Shown in pieces: positions 26,245 to 38,399 of a stretch of 64,000 bases of DNA. The position numbers were made by a program, and so were the translations under genes. The first letter of the stretch is position 1; each line of letters opens with the position of its first letter. Source of the stretch: Pavona decussata (lineage: Eukaryota); assembly GCA_977016875.1 (NCBI GenBank), contig CDRNST010000008.1:1674001-1738000 (forward strand), read 5' to 3'. The notes below the pieces were generated by a model, which worked only from the letters and a program-made list of their open reading frames with translations, ran no database searches and was not told the DNA's origin.

Positions 26245-27413
26245 GCTTACTACTACCAAACGCAACTACAACTATTAAAAACAAGAAAAAAAAGTACTGT
26301 CACTTTATGGTGTGTGCTTTTGGTGCTTGTGGTTAAGTTAGATTTTTTACCCAGCGAATTGGGCCCAATGAAGACCACTGCAGTTGCTTTGCCCAAGCTC
26401 ACCAATTTTTGGAAGACTTGTTTTCTTCCAGAAGTGCTTGGTGAATGGTACACAAGAAATGACTTCATGTGTAACAGTCTACCCAGGGAATTACCAGAAA
26501 GAGACTGTGTTTGCTATTGCAGAAAATGCACTGACGAAAAGTGTGTTGATTGTTGTAATCATAACTGTCCCATTGCTTCTTTTCATTTATAATGTCTGAA
26601 GATTGAAAGCATTCCAAAAGCTTGGTACTGCCCCCATTGTAGAATCCTAGGTCAGTACAAAAGATCAAGGAAAGCCACAAAAATTAGTTCCAATGTCCAT
26701 CGCCCAGCAATGAGCCTTGATTGTATCTGCATGTGCAATCAAGGCCTAGTGAATCCGAAAAACGCCAACAATGCCAAAATGAATCCTGTAATAATGGCAA
26801 GTTTTTTTCCTCTCAACTGCCTCAACTACAAGAAGATGCCTCAAAATGCAGCCCTCAAAATGCTGATGATGTGATTTTCATTAAACTGTTAACACTCAAT
26901 CTGAGAAACACAAGTCTCTGGGTAGTCATCACCCACAGGATGGCTTGATTGCACCATTGTACACGATAGCCAGATTCTGTTAGCATATATCAACAAATCC
27001 ATCAAAGGATTTCAGAGACCAACACTTGGTCCTCTTAGGCAGTTTAACATTGTAGCTTCAGACTTTGTGCAGCTTCTTCATGTGAACAATAATCATTGGG
27101 TATGTGTTAGTCCAGTGAATTGTGCCCCTGACTATGTTAATCTTATGGACAGTCTTGCAAAACCTGTCATATCACAAGAAATTATAGACTTGGTGAAGAA
27201 CATACTAAGACCAACGTACAAAGGAATCAATCAACTACCTGTTCATCAACAGCGAAATGGCAGTGACTGTGGGGTGTTTCCAATACCATTTTCCATGTCT
27301 CGTTTATGGGCACGACCCCTCACAAGTGTGTTTTGACATACCAAGAATGCACCTCACTTGCTTAAGTGTTTCAAAGTCCATCATATTGACCTTTTTCCGA
27401 CAGTTTCTGTTTA
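26245..27413 (+). pseudogene. YqaJ-like C-terminus, two PHD fingers and a Ulp1/SENP-like protease
   Basis: YCHFMV...[18 protein letters not shown]; CYC...C...C...FHL-CL...WYCPHC; a second CxC...CQNESC cluster; WLD...HWVCVS...MDSL...QQRNGSDCGVF, giving the His-Asp-Gln-Cys order of Ulp1. Confidence 0.75.
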
Positions 27414-27605
27414 ATGAGAAAGAAAAATATATTACAGCGAAACCTTATTAAGGGGACCTCACAATAAGCGGACACTCAGTATTAAATGGCGAGAGCTCCA
27501 GCAAATCCCACATTTGTCCCACTTGTTGTCATTTATTTAGTGGGCACTTTTATTGAGCCGACACTATTGATTGATTTTTTGAAAGCCTAACCTGTATGTA
27601 TCATG

Positions 27606-28983
27606 TCAATCAAATGGAACACTTCCAGGGCAAAGGTTCACCAAAGCAGAGCATACATTTATAACCCTATCGATTACGGGAGTTGATGCTTCTTGAGATC
27701 CATTAGGGCTGGAAATAAGAAAATCGATTGACAGGATTCCACTTAAACTGCTGTAATTTCTTTAAAGAAGTCCCATAACCCGTTCCACGTGTATGTGTAC
27801 ATTAGCAATGCCCCTTGATACTTCAAGGTCAACTGAATCCAGTTGGTCCTTACCACGGGAATTGCCAACTGCGTATGTTTGAAAATTAGGGATTCTTGGA
27901 TGGTAAATCCTCTATCTGCCAGGACAAGATCACCAGGTAGCAATTTTTCTATCATACCACAGTTCTTTGTCACAAACTTGTCTGAAGCCCTCCCTCACCA
28001 AGCTTTTAAAACAAGTGAGATTGTACTCTGTGGAGTTATGCCTATCAAAACTTTCAGTGTTGTGATGTTTGTAGGACGAGAAACTTTGTGCACGTGCAAG
28101 TGGATTTGATGGTCTGTCAATAAAAATTTCAAAACATGCAATTATTACTGTAACTTTTTACCAAATGCCTGCTGAGGCATGGTACGCCACAAGGCTTTAC
28201 TGTCAGGCCCCTTAATGAAGGGCTGTAACCTTGCATCCATCATAATCATCCACACCAGAAATGTTCTTGATACAGTAGAAACGGAAACATTAAATCTGTA
28301 AGTTTTATTATTGTCATTATAAACTCTTGAAAAGGAGTCAACAGTTGTGACTTGCGACTCACAAAAGGAACAATTCGATTGAAATCGGTATTCAGGATGT
28401 CAAACGAAGGTAATCTGGTGTAAAACTGAACTTTTTTTGTCCTTGTTGCGAAATTCGCCTTCGCAAAATGGTCGCTGCAGCGGCACTGCATTTACTAAAT
28501 AGTCAAACTCATCTGTTTGCGTACTTGAATCGGTCAGCTTTACAGCTTCTTCAGCAGCAAATATCAGAAACTTACTCACCCACTTCTCTCAAATTGAGCT
28601 TCCTTGCTGCGATTTGCTCCGCCAGCACACGTTCTCGCTCTACTTGCTCTTTACGTTTCCTTTCTCTGTCATTAGCCCTCTGTCCTCTCTGAGAGGCTAG
28701 CTCGAGATTTTTTCTCAACTTTTTTCTCATGGACCAGGTTCAATATTGGCACCCTGTCTACATTAAATCTGTCCCAGCTTTTTGCCACTTTTCCTGAGAC
28801 TACATGACGGCGGCATACTAATACGCGTGACTAATAGCCGAAATCCAGTGGGATCGCCTTTCTTTCGTTAATTTCTCGGCTACTTTCTCCTTGATTTATA
28901 ACCACTGATGGCACTCAAGAAAAATGAAGACCTTTGTCTCTACCGCTTTTGTTGCCACAACCAACTATCAAGCAAAAAACCAT
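27606..28983 (-). pseudogene. THAP-domain ISL2EU/Harbinger-like DDE transposase
   Basis: MVFCLIVGCGN THAP start, [32 protein letters not shown] and IHVERV. Confidence 0.8.
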
Positions 28984-29334
28984 CTTCACAGTGAACACGC
29001 AACCCTGTTTGTTTGCATTTTTGGTGCAACAATATGGCGGCATTGTGGCAGTTGTTAGGCTTTTCGTCATGTGAGTGAAAACGAGCTATTGTATATTTTT
29101 ATAGCTTGTACGTGATTTCTCCAGTGTTGCATATATAGCTAGTCGAAAAAACAATATTACTTATTTCTCCTTGTTTGTTGAGGTATGTCTGAAATTTTCC
29201 ACGGCATGGGAATGTCATTTGCACAGGCCTCTTAACAATGTCAGTCGAGTTTGGGAATGACTGGCCCGCTACAATGTACGCACTTTCTTGGTTTCATACA
29301 AAACTAGAAGCTAGAACATTTACAGCTGTTGTTA

Positions 29335-31377
29335 TTTATAACATAGCGCGCGTGCTTCCCTATCTAATTCCTATTGGTGTCATCATGGTATATTTCTCAA
29401 CATACGCACGGCCGTGCGTCCATTCGATGACGTGTGTGACTTGCAGGCAAACTCGGGTTTCTGTCGCTTAAAGTTGTTACAAAGTTTCACCGGAAATGGA
29501 ACTAGAAAATAATGAAGTACTACCCGACTTTTCTCTTGAAATGGAGTTTTTAGCACCCAAAGAGAAGAGCAAAAGCAGTGAAAAACGCGTTTTCCAAATT
29601 TAACAGAGCTCGAGCTGCAGAAAATTCTCGTGGAAAGGCACTCCGCTCGCACTAAAAAAGCCACAAATTGGTCTGTGGCAACATTCAAAGGTAATTATTA
29701 CTGTTTCTTTCGTTTGTTCGTGCTAATGAAAAACAAGAAGTTACTTACAGACTCGGTAACAAAATTATTAAAACGAAATAATTCAAGAAGAAAAAATTTT
29801 CGCATTTGCTAAAGTGTACGGTATTTGACTAATTACGCAACAACAACAACAACAACAAGTAAAGTACTTGACAACTTGTATCTAAGCTGAGAGATTTATT
29901 CAAACACGGTTAAAAAAATCTTCACGCATTGTCTATAAACTAAATGGTATTAACATTTTTTTAGCTTGGTGCACTGAGAGAAAAATACAAACGCCGCTTG
30001 AAAATATGACACTTGGTCAGCTGGATACAAACCTTCGCAGATTCTACGCAGAGGCCAGGAACAAATCAGGAGAAGTGTACAGCAAGTCTACACTCCTCGG
30101 TTTTCGCCAGTCCGTGGAACGATTTTTAAACCCACCACCACTTAATAAAGGCCTAAAGCTCTCGTCCGACCCGAGGTTTTAAAGATCAAACGAGATGCTG
30201 AATGCACAAGTTGTCAACCTGAAGCGTCAGGGGAAATTAAATGCAAAGCACAAGCCGGCAATTGAAAACGAAGATTTGGTGCGGCTTAAATCCTCACAGG
30301 TTCTTGCACTGAGCAACCCACTCACTCTTCTACGAAATGTATGGTTCCATGTGGTTCTCTTTTTTTGTAGAAGAGGTCGGGAGGGACAGAGACAGCTCAA
30401 ACCGACCAGCTTCAAGTTTGAAGTCGACCCAACTGGCCGAAAGTACGTGACGATGGCACATGACGAGGCTACAAAGAATCATCCCGGTGGAGTATCTGAC
30501 ATTCCCAGCACAGGAAAGTACGCCCGAATGTATGAAACAGAAGACCAGAACGACGGCTATAAGGCCTTGGAGCTGTACTTATCGAAATTAAATCTAAAGT
30601 GCGATTCGTTTTTTCAATATCCGCGAAAGAATTGGAGTGTTGGAGACAACGTATGGTATGAAGCGTGTCCCGTCGGAGTGAACTCGCTCGACTCCATGAT
30701 GAAGAATATCAGCGAAGCAGCATCCCTGTCAAAAACCTACACGAACCATAGCATCAGAGCAACTGCCATAACTCTGTGGTCTAACACAGAGATCCCCAAC
30801 AGACACATCATGGTGATCTCCCGCCACAGGAGTGAACAAAGTCTTGCACATTACAATACGCGCCCATCTTCGTCCCAGCTTTGCAGTTGCAGTGAAGTTC
30901 TCTCAAGAAGCCTTGTGCCTGGTTCATCTGAGTCTTCTACCACTGCTGTTTGCAGAGATATTCAAAACAACAGTGTGGTCGTCGCACAAGAGAAGACAAC
31001 AACAGCAAGTTCCCTGAGCTCGGTCTTCTCCAACTGTACCGTGCAGAACGTAAACATCGTTATGAATCCAAACTCCAGTTTCGGCCTTTAACTTTGACTT
31101 GAACATTTGACAAATTTGAGTACTTTATCATTCTTTGGACTTGGAAAAACGTTTGTCTACATTTTCATTGACTTTCAACATATTCAAAGAAGCAATTTTC
31201 ATTGCCAATTTCGGATGAAACGTTCTCGTTCACCAAACGTGCAAACAATTTTTGTGGCGTGTTTATAACCAGCCAATAAGAATCTTTGTTTTTCTGTTCG
31301 CGCATTAAGAGAATTTTGTAATCGATCACAAATAAACCTGTTTTCCGCGCACTATTTTCTTGTCACTATGTTATAAA
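29335..31377 (+). mobile_element. Crypton (tyrosine-recombinase DNA transposon)
   Basis: A 12-bp inverted repeat, TTTATAACATAG (29335-29346) and CTATGTTATAAA (31366-31377), brackets a DUF3504-type YR gene. Confidence 0.75.
29541..31091 (+). pseudogene. Crypton tyrosine recombinase (KCTD1/ZMYM DUF3504-like), two exons, nearly intact
   Basis: Exon 1 to ~29691 (TKKATNWSVATFK), intron, then exon 2 from ~29965. Motifs LRRFYAEAR, FCRRGREGQR, TNHSIRATAIT and SRHRSEQSLAHY. One TAA at ~30180 and one early frameshift. Confidence 0.88.
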
Positions 31378-31566
31378 AGAATTGGTTCATGCCTTTAGCT
31401 GTGCGTATATCGAGTTATGGATGCACTTGGGAAGTTTGGAGAGCACTCAAGAAGCTAGAGTTGCTCTTGGCTACGCCTCGAGCAACTCTTACGCTTCTTG
31501 TGCTCTCCAAACTTCCCGCGTGCATCCATAACTCGATATACGCACGCTAAGCATGAACCAATTCTT
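31377..31566. repeat. 190-bp palindromic (hairpin) element
   Basis: Arms AAGAATTGGTTCATGC...GAGTTGCTC and GAGCAACTC...GCATGAACCAATTCTT surround the loop TTGGCTACGCCTC. Confidence 0.9.
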
Positions 31567-31935
31567 AATTTGTCTTCAATTTCTCTCTCTGTTGTCTTTT
31601 ATGATGAATCTTAAGCATAGAAAACTATCTATTTTTTGTGAATTTGCTAAAATGTTTGAAAAAGTGGTCGGCATGGAAATTTTGGAAGGAGATAAACATG
31701 CCGTGTGCGATAAGTGTAGATACAGCGTCAAGAAATTGTGGACGAGTGGGAAGTCTATCCACGGAACGTTTCAGACAGTGGACCAGACTCTGTTAAAAAC
31801 AAAGAGTGCTCGTTTAGCATATTGTTCTGAGGCAAAACCTGGTACAGACAGGTTAGAAATCTATTTGTCACTCAACTGCAAATCCCACAAAAAGATGTTA
31901 ACGCTATTCACTTTGAAAGGGTACATAGAATTCTG

Positions 31936-32230
31936 ATGAAACCATCAAGTCAGAGATTGCAAAGTCACGGTCCAAGACCAGAAATTGCCAGATTCAGTCA
32001 CTATGAGGATAAGGAATTTGTCCGCTCCTTTTACAAGAACCTAAAGGGAACTAAGATTGGAACTTCGGACGACTTTCTAAGAGAGGTTGAAGAGATTAAT
32101 AAAACCCTCTATCCAGTTTTAAAACAAGCTAAACACAAACAGAAAAGGGCTTTCTTCAACTTGAACATACCAAAACTATCAGAAGAACAAAAACAATCTT
32201 GTAAAGGTGAGATATCCCTCTAGGAAATTA
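31936..32230 (+). mobile_element. Internally deleted L1/Tx1 fragment (ORF1 end fused to ORF2 pre-RT region)
   Basis: PRPEIARFSHYEDKE...SDDF...LYPVLKQAK runs directly into NIPKLSEEQKQSCKGEISL. Confidence 0.65.
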
Positions 32231-32489
32231 AATTAATCCAAGACAAAAATGCGGTATATAAATGCATTACCATTACAAAATACTAGAAACATTGTATATA
32301 ATTTTAGTACTCCCAAAACAGCACTTATTAGAGTTGTCAACCCTTGTACACATAAAATTTGGAAACGAATGGAGAACACAAAATACTCCAACTCCATTAA
32401 CCGTGGGAAATCTTAGGAACTTCAAACAAGAATCTAGCAAATTTTCGACTTCAAGATCTGTCCTAACCATGAATGTACTTGAGGTTTGC

Positions 32490-33510
32490 TAATTCCTAAT
32501 ACTTAAAACTGAAAGTATCCCTGGATAGTAGGTGGCCGCAAATCGAAAAGTACTGGTACTAGAGCCATAAAAGCAGGTAAGGGCATTTCTCAACAAACCA
32601 CATGCTGAATACATGGTACCAATTGGCCTAAGTCCTATTTTCAAGTTTTTCTTAATTTCTAAGGAAGCAAAATAGGATGTTATGTCATTGAACACCCACT
32701 CGACAGGTGACCTCACTTTTTTTTCAATATACATAATTCTTTATTGAAACAAATTGATATTAATACAGCAAATAAGTTACTTACCTACGTAACTATAATG
32801 TTACAACTAATATTACCAATACTAATAATATAATACAACTAATTAACACTGATATCATTACAACACTAACAAAAAACCAATATCACTAACACTAGAGGGT
32901 AACCAAAAAAAGAAAAAATTAAAAAATTCAAACAAACTAGTAATGTTTACAAAATATGATGTAAATAATGTATTAATTATATACAGAAAGTGGATGCATA
33001 TTAAAACCTTTAAATAGTTAAGCATTTGCAAGAGGCGACATTATCCATTTAGCTTCAAAGAAATCTTTTTTTTTTTACTATGCAGACTTATATATTTTTC
33101 TGTTTCATATTTTACAGCAATTTTCTTTGTAAATCCATATATATTCGGAAGAATTGGACTTCTTCTACAATCCCACAAGTACAATTTCCCAATCATAATT
33201 AGATAGTTTAGAAGCTTAGCAGAAGGGGAGTTTTGTCGTATCATTCCAACTAAAATATCTTGCAACGAAAGTCTAATGTTTTCCTTTAAAACTTAGTGCC
33301 AGAATACTTCGAAGAGGTGACCTCACTTTGCTCATGGAGGAGTTGAATGCCTCCCCATCTACCGTAAGGTGTCCTTTCTTAAAAGGGGCCTGCAGGTGTA
33401 CCACCACCATAAATGTAAAGGGGTTGGCCTATTTCATTAAAGGAGTACTGCTCCAGCTGACCCAGCAGTCCTGACATCCTCAACATAGCAGAATCATGTG
33501 TTTTACCTTC
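32490..33510 (-). pseudogene. Harbinger (DDE_Tnp_4) transposase C-terminal fragment, split by an L1
   Basis: GKTHDSAMLRMSGLL, YIYG and FNSSMSKVRS|PVEWVFNDI...LLRNALTCFYG. Confidence 0.75.
32720..33314 (-). mobile_element. 5'-truncated L1/Tx1 copy with poly(A) tail and 15-bp TSD
   Basis: AGGTGACCTCACTTT at 32705-32719 and 33315-33329. AATAAA and an A-tail on the minus strand. ORF2 end LLNYLIMIGKLYLWDCR...YETEKYI. Confidence 0.9.
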
Positions 33511-34066
33511 TGTTAACAAAACCCAAATAATTTAACAACAAATTTTAACACATATTTGTTTCAAAATGTAGGCCGACACTGAAAAGAAACCACTACTTAA
33601 ATATTGATTGAAGTTCACGCAAGAAATATAGTCTTCATTCTGTGACTGGAAAGTAAATCGATTGGAAATTGAAGAGCCACATTGAAACAGTATTGACATA
33701 ATATTTCCAATACCCTCCATTCCAAATCAAGTTATGTACTTTTAAAACTTGCGAAAAAAACAACTTTTAATAGAGATCTTTCACATAACTCCAACAAGAG
33801 CCACTATAGCGCAAAAGTCCACTAAGTATGTAAAATACGCGGTCTGTTTTCCCATGGGTAACTTTTCTCCTATTTGCGGCACGCACGAAAAAAAAAACAT
33901 CAAACAAAACAGGAAATGTGCGACAAACAGCATTTTATTTTAAGCGTTCAGTTTTTGCTTTCACATAAATTCAACGGAAAAAGATAAACAAAATGACATT
34001 GGCAATATTTTGGTTTTATCTGTAAATTACTTGTTACGAGAGTGAAAGTCAGGAACAGATCAGTTA

Positions 34067-35179
34067 TCATACATCATCAAAAAGTACCACATGGCGCTGA
34101 GCTAGGAAAGTGCAGAGCTCTACGACTATTGGTTGAAACCATCTTGGTTGACGCCATATGCTCCCTACAGCCTGATAGGTTTTTACATGCTTTATCGTGT
34201 GCTCAATTATTATTCTACATCTTGAATGCCTTCCTGCCATTCTTTGCACATGTCTGGGCAAACGTCTTATCTGAGCAGCGCGAAAAGGGGTTAACAGAGA
34301 AGGGATATCCCCATATCCCTTGTCTGCGAGAAGTACAGCATCTGGAGGCATATCATAATTTGTACCTGCCCCAATCCTCTCCATTAAATGAAAATTGCCT
34401 GCATCATTGAGAGATCTGAGAAAACCAGCTTGTAGAAAAACTATATTTCCTGCATTATCTACAATGAACTGGGTGTTCATGAGGTGGAAATGACGATGGG
34501 CACTAAAAAAGTCTCGCTGGGGTTCGACCTGGGGTCTGTAAATTTCATGCGGGGTCCCGTCGATACATCCCACTGCGTTGGGAAAATAACGCCAGTTTCC
34601 TAGAAGAGAATTCCATTGGACTAAATTTGGCCAGTACTCTTGATTGCAAAAATATCTCCATAAAATGGGCACCACCCTATAGATAATACTACAAACGGTA
34701 GATGGACTGACGTCAAACATTAACGCGAGTGTGTCTAAACAGGGGTACTTTCTGAGCCAGATGAATGTCAAGAGTACTTTGTTAACATAAGAAATTTTAG
34801 AATCTCTTCTCCTTTGTCTTGGTCTCCCCCTTCTGTTCAGACGTGATAACTCTGCAGAGATTCTGGTAACAATATGCATCATGGTTTCTGGAAGTTCTCC
34901 TGTATTCAACCAAAACAGGTACTTTTGATTACCATATTCTACAAAAACATCTCGCCCTCTAAACTGAAACCCATGGAAATCTGGATCAAGACGTTGCATT
35001 ATTCGTTGAGGCAAGTGAGGAACGATGGGAAATGATGCCAGGAGCAGCAGTACTACACCCAAAATCTGCAGTAGCTCATCAACTCAATGGTTTGCAACCG
35101 GCGGTGGGAGCTCGGCAAGAAAGGCAAGAACAATTCCAACTAGCCAAAAAAAACGTTGATCTGGTATTTCCCTCGGCAT
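34067..35179 (-). CDS. Harbinger DDE transposase (HARBI1-like) with one in-frame stop near the N-terminus
   Basis: HTH region (LALMFDVSPSTVCSII), VGCIDGTPH, NDAG, LADKGY and RIIIEHTI. The ATG at 35179 is in frame, but a TGA at ~35085 interrupts it. Confidence 0.88.
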
Positions 35180-35749
35180 GATGTCAACCAGAATGATTAA
35201 TTTCGATTTCAAAACTGGTTACATCATCTGGAGATGTTAAAGAAGGTTACATCATCTGAAGGGGTTTAATTAGTACTATTTGTAGTCATGGCCCTCCCAT
35301 TCCATTTCATAAAGGCAGTGGTTATACCACTGGGAGTAAATCAGATATACTTTTTTCTGTTAGTGAGAAAGTGGGTAACCATGTGAAAATTATGGTATTG
35401 ACGGTAATGACATACGGCTAGGCTCTTTGAATCGTATGACACTGGGTATAATTATGTTGATTCTCTCTTATCACTAACTTGCTTGAAAAGAGGGTAAATT
35501 GTAAACCAATAGTAAACCCTAGGGACATGGTGTAAAATATATTTTGGTTTGATATGAGCTATAAAAGACAACGCTTAAAATACGATGATCTCACTCAGTT
35601 CTCAGAAATGACCAGCATTTTGGAGACCATTTGACGAGGATGGCAAACAGCCTGTTACACAAGGTAAGCATTGATCTGTCTGGACTTTTTCCACTATATT
35701 TGTGCCTCTAATTTTATTTTATTTTTTTGCAGAATCATGAATACAGCCC

Positions 35750-36373
35750 ATGGCGAAGGGTTCCAAAAAGCGTCGCTACATGATAACTGGAGTTGAGGAA
35801 AAGATAGTCTTGAAAGCCTACAGTGAAAACTCGGGCTGGGATGAAATATTAAACGCAATACAGGAACGCTTAAGCCAACCCATGGCTGGGAATTCTTTAA
35901 GGAATGAACGTATCACAGAATACTACCGTTCCACCCCAAGAGAATCATCGATCAAGATAATCAGATGAATCGTTTCCCAAAACCTTCAGAAAGCCAAACA
36001 GCTGCCTGCCACCGCAACAAGTTCAAGCGAGGCGGCGATGTCACAAACTATCGTAAATAACAGAATGCGATACTCAAAGAAATGCTCGCCACAACAGCGT
36101 AAATCAGCGAAATTTGAGCAGGCAGCTTGCCTTGATGAAGATACAGAAGATAGTGCAGATGCCGATACTGATCTCCCAGGGAAAGCCATTCCCGCACCAC
36201 CTGAGCCGCCAAAACAGGACAAACCGAAAAAAAAAGCCTTCAAAGAAGCGACGGCGGACAGGGGAAAAGGACAACTAGGAGCACGCCCAGATGTGTGGAA
36301 ACACGGTGAAACTCATGAGCAAACTAGAACGCATCCTAAATAAATTTGATAGCCATAGTATCGACGACGATTA
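35750..36373 (+). pseudogene. Harbinger second (Myb/SANT-like partner) gene
   Basis: ITGVEEKIVLKAY...GWDEI resembles a SANT start. An acidic linker, a basic NLS-like patch and a C-terminal helix follow. Contains stops and a frameshift. Confidence 0.55.
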
Positions 36374-36759
36374 AAAATGAGAAACTTTCAAATTTGAACA
36401 GACATTTGTTATTTTTTTGCATTGATTGTATTTGCAGTGTATTTGTTAATGAAAACGCTAAAAAAAATAAATGCTTTTTGTCACCCAATTCGTGTTTTAT
36501 TTGATTGCTTTAGCAAATAAAAGAAAAGTTACCCATGAGAAAACAGACGGCGTATTTTACATATTTAGTGGACTTTTGCGCTATAGTGGCTCTTGTTGGA
36601 GTTATGTGAAAGATCTCTAATAGGCCATTTCTGACTTCTCTTTTGTCATTGTTTCGAAATGAGTCTTTGTGCAAAACCATTCAAATGAAAATGAATGTGA
36701 TTTACATGAAAATGAAAACACAGTTGAAATACATTTTCATATGAATAGATTTAAAGAAA

Positions 36760-37260
36760 AGTCTAAGGCTTACACAGCTTCATCATATGATGTATTGGAA
36801 TCAACTTAGAACTAAGACACCCCCTTTTCATGCCATAGATCTGACCACTATGCGCTGCAAAAATTACTACAAACTCATAACAATAGCTGCATTACTGAAC
36901 CGACTGGTGTTTGAAAATGGAAGGATAAATTTCCCCATGACTTTGGAAATTGGACGACAAAATTGTCTTATATATATCGGTCGTCTAGAGACAAAAACTG
37001 AGACATGTCTCCTTCCAACCATTACACAGAACAACTGTTACTAAGAAAGAACTTAAAAAGTTTGGAATAGTAAACAGAGCAGATTGCACATTTTGCCTTA
37101 ACCCGGACTCGATTGAACATGCTTTTTTTAACTTCAGTGTTACAATATCCTTTTATTCTGAAGCTTTAACCTGGTCCAATCGAGACCATAACACTGACGT
37201 TCATCTCTCAAATAAACACATTATTTTGAATGATCTGACCCCAGCAAGACAATTGACAGG
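36760..37260 (+). mobile_element. L1/Tx1 ORF2 3' fragment
   Basis: C-terminal zinc-knuckle region CTFCLNPDSIEHAFF. Confidence 0.65.
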
Positions 37261-37844
37261 TCTTTTTGTAGATAACCGAAATTATTTTCCTACAGACACT
37301 ACTGATGTCTACTATGGAAAGGGAGATGAATTGAGATTACATATGGAGGAGCTGGTACGAAAAGCACCCCGTATACTTGATCTCCAAGATTGTTCTGTTG
37401 TTCTGTATCTCTCCGATGAAGAATTATGGGTGGGGTTGATCTGGCAGACCAGATTCAACAAAGGGTTCCAGTGATACAAAAGTCAGACAAAACCTGGAAA
37501 GTTATTTGACTATGATTTACTTTACCCTCGATCCATGTACCATTTTGAAAAGAGTGGGGTAAACACCACAACATTCCCTGCTTCATGGTAGACCTGGCTG
37601 CCTGCAGAGTAGACAAGTGGCTGAGCTGGACGCAAGAAGGCTTAACAGGGAGTACCACAAACCTGTTGAGGAAACTAGAATAGGACAGGCAATTTGAAAT
37701 TTTTAACAACTGAGCATTTTCCTCTTCATTTATTAAAAATATGGTTAGATGTAAAAAACTGAAGTACTAAGTAACCAAGAATGCTTGGTTTATCTACAGG
37801 GTCGATAAATAAACGTAAAGTCGCCACCGTAAACAAATTCCAGT

Positions 37845-38080
37845 GCTGGCGTTTCGAGAATTAGCTCTTTGTCAGAGCAACAGCAACAAAAATTCCCCCC
37901 TCAAAATAGGCACTCATAATCTCCAAGGAATCAACAGATACCTTTCATTGGACTAATTTATTCTTGTTTTCCATGTTACCATACTCCCACAACAGCATAT
38001 CTACCGCTCACTTTATAAACACAAACAACCCACAATGCTCTGTTTCGCTCTGATGAAGGGCTTACTCTCGAAAAGTCAGC
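37845..38080. ncRNA. Two inverted, degenerate Penelope-type minimal hammerhead ribozyme-like motifs
   Basis: Plus strand 38050-38080: CTGATGA-AGGGCTTACTCTC-GAAA-AGTCAGC. Minus strand 37845-37877: CTGACAA-AGAGCTAATTCTC-GAAACGCCAGC. Confidence 0.5.
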
Positions 38081-38310
38081 ACTCGAATACCTTTTAGGTG
38101 GCTAATTTACCTTTAAGGCCCAGCCAAACAATTGTTTGTTTGATGACGTTGCACAGTGTTGCACGACGTGGCCAAATGAATGCAACATATGTGATGCAAC
38201 ACTTGGACTCCAGGGTCTGGAATGGAAACTGCGCCTAGAATTCTTACACAACAAACCAGTGCCATACTGCTTGCCAAAAAATGATACAAGACCGATCAAA
38301 CTCCGCGTCA

Positions 38311-38362
38311 GGGCCCAGTTGCTCAAACATGGTTAGCGCTAACCCGCGTTAAATGCCATGAC

Positions 38363-38399
<37 letters not shown>

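Larger units (their letters stand above)
26245..29087. mobile_element. ISL2EU-type element with two convergent genes; left part lost at the Gypsy junction
   Basis: A THAP plus DDE_Tnp_4-type transposase on the minus strand, and a YqaJ-like-tail/PHD/Ulp1 gene on the plus strand. Candidate terminus ...GTGAAAACGAGCT followed by ATT. Confidence 0.7.
33772..36618. mobile_element. Full-length PIF/Harbinger transposon with 97-bp TIRs and AAT TSD
   Basis: 33772-33868 is the reverse complement of 36522-36618 with about 3 mismatches. AAT occurs at 33769-71 and 36619-21. Two divergent genes lie inside. Confidence 0.92.

Noticed and set aside
30195-31091. Host KCTD1/ZMYM gene or phage integrase
   Set aside because: There is no BTB or MYM domain, the catalytic residues are retained, and it has an intron and terminal inverted repeats. 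It fits a Crypton.
31553-31936. Zinc-finger (zf-AD-like) gene
   Set aside because: Only one CxxC is present and the ORF starts inside the palindrome. Support is insufficient.
34067-35062. Domesticated HARBI1 gene
   Set aside because: It lies between intact TIRs with a TSD and a partner gene, so it is a transposon copy.
37226-37474. Short protein-coding gene
   Set aside because: It is a chimera of an L1 tail and an unidentified fragment, with no recognisable motif.
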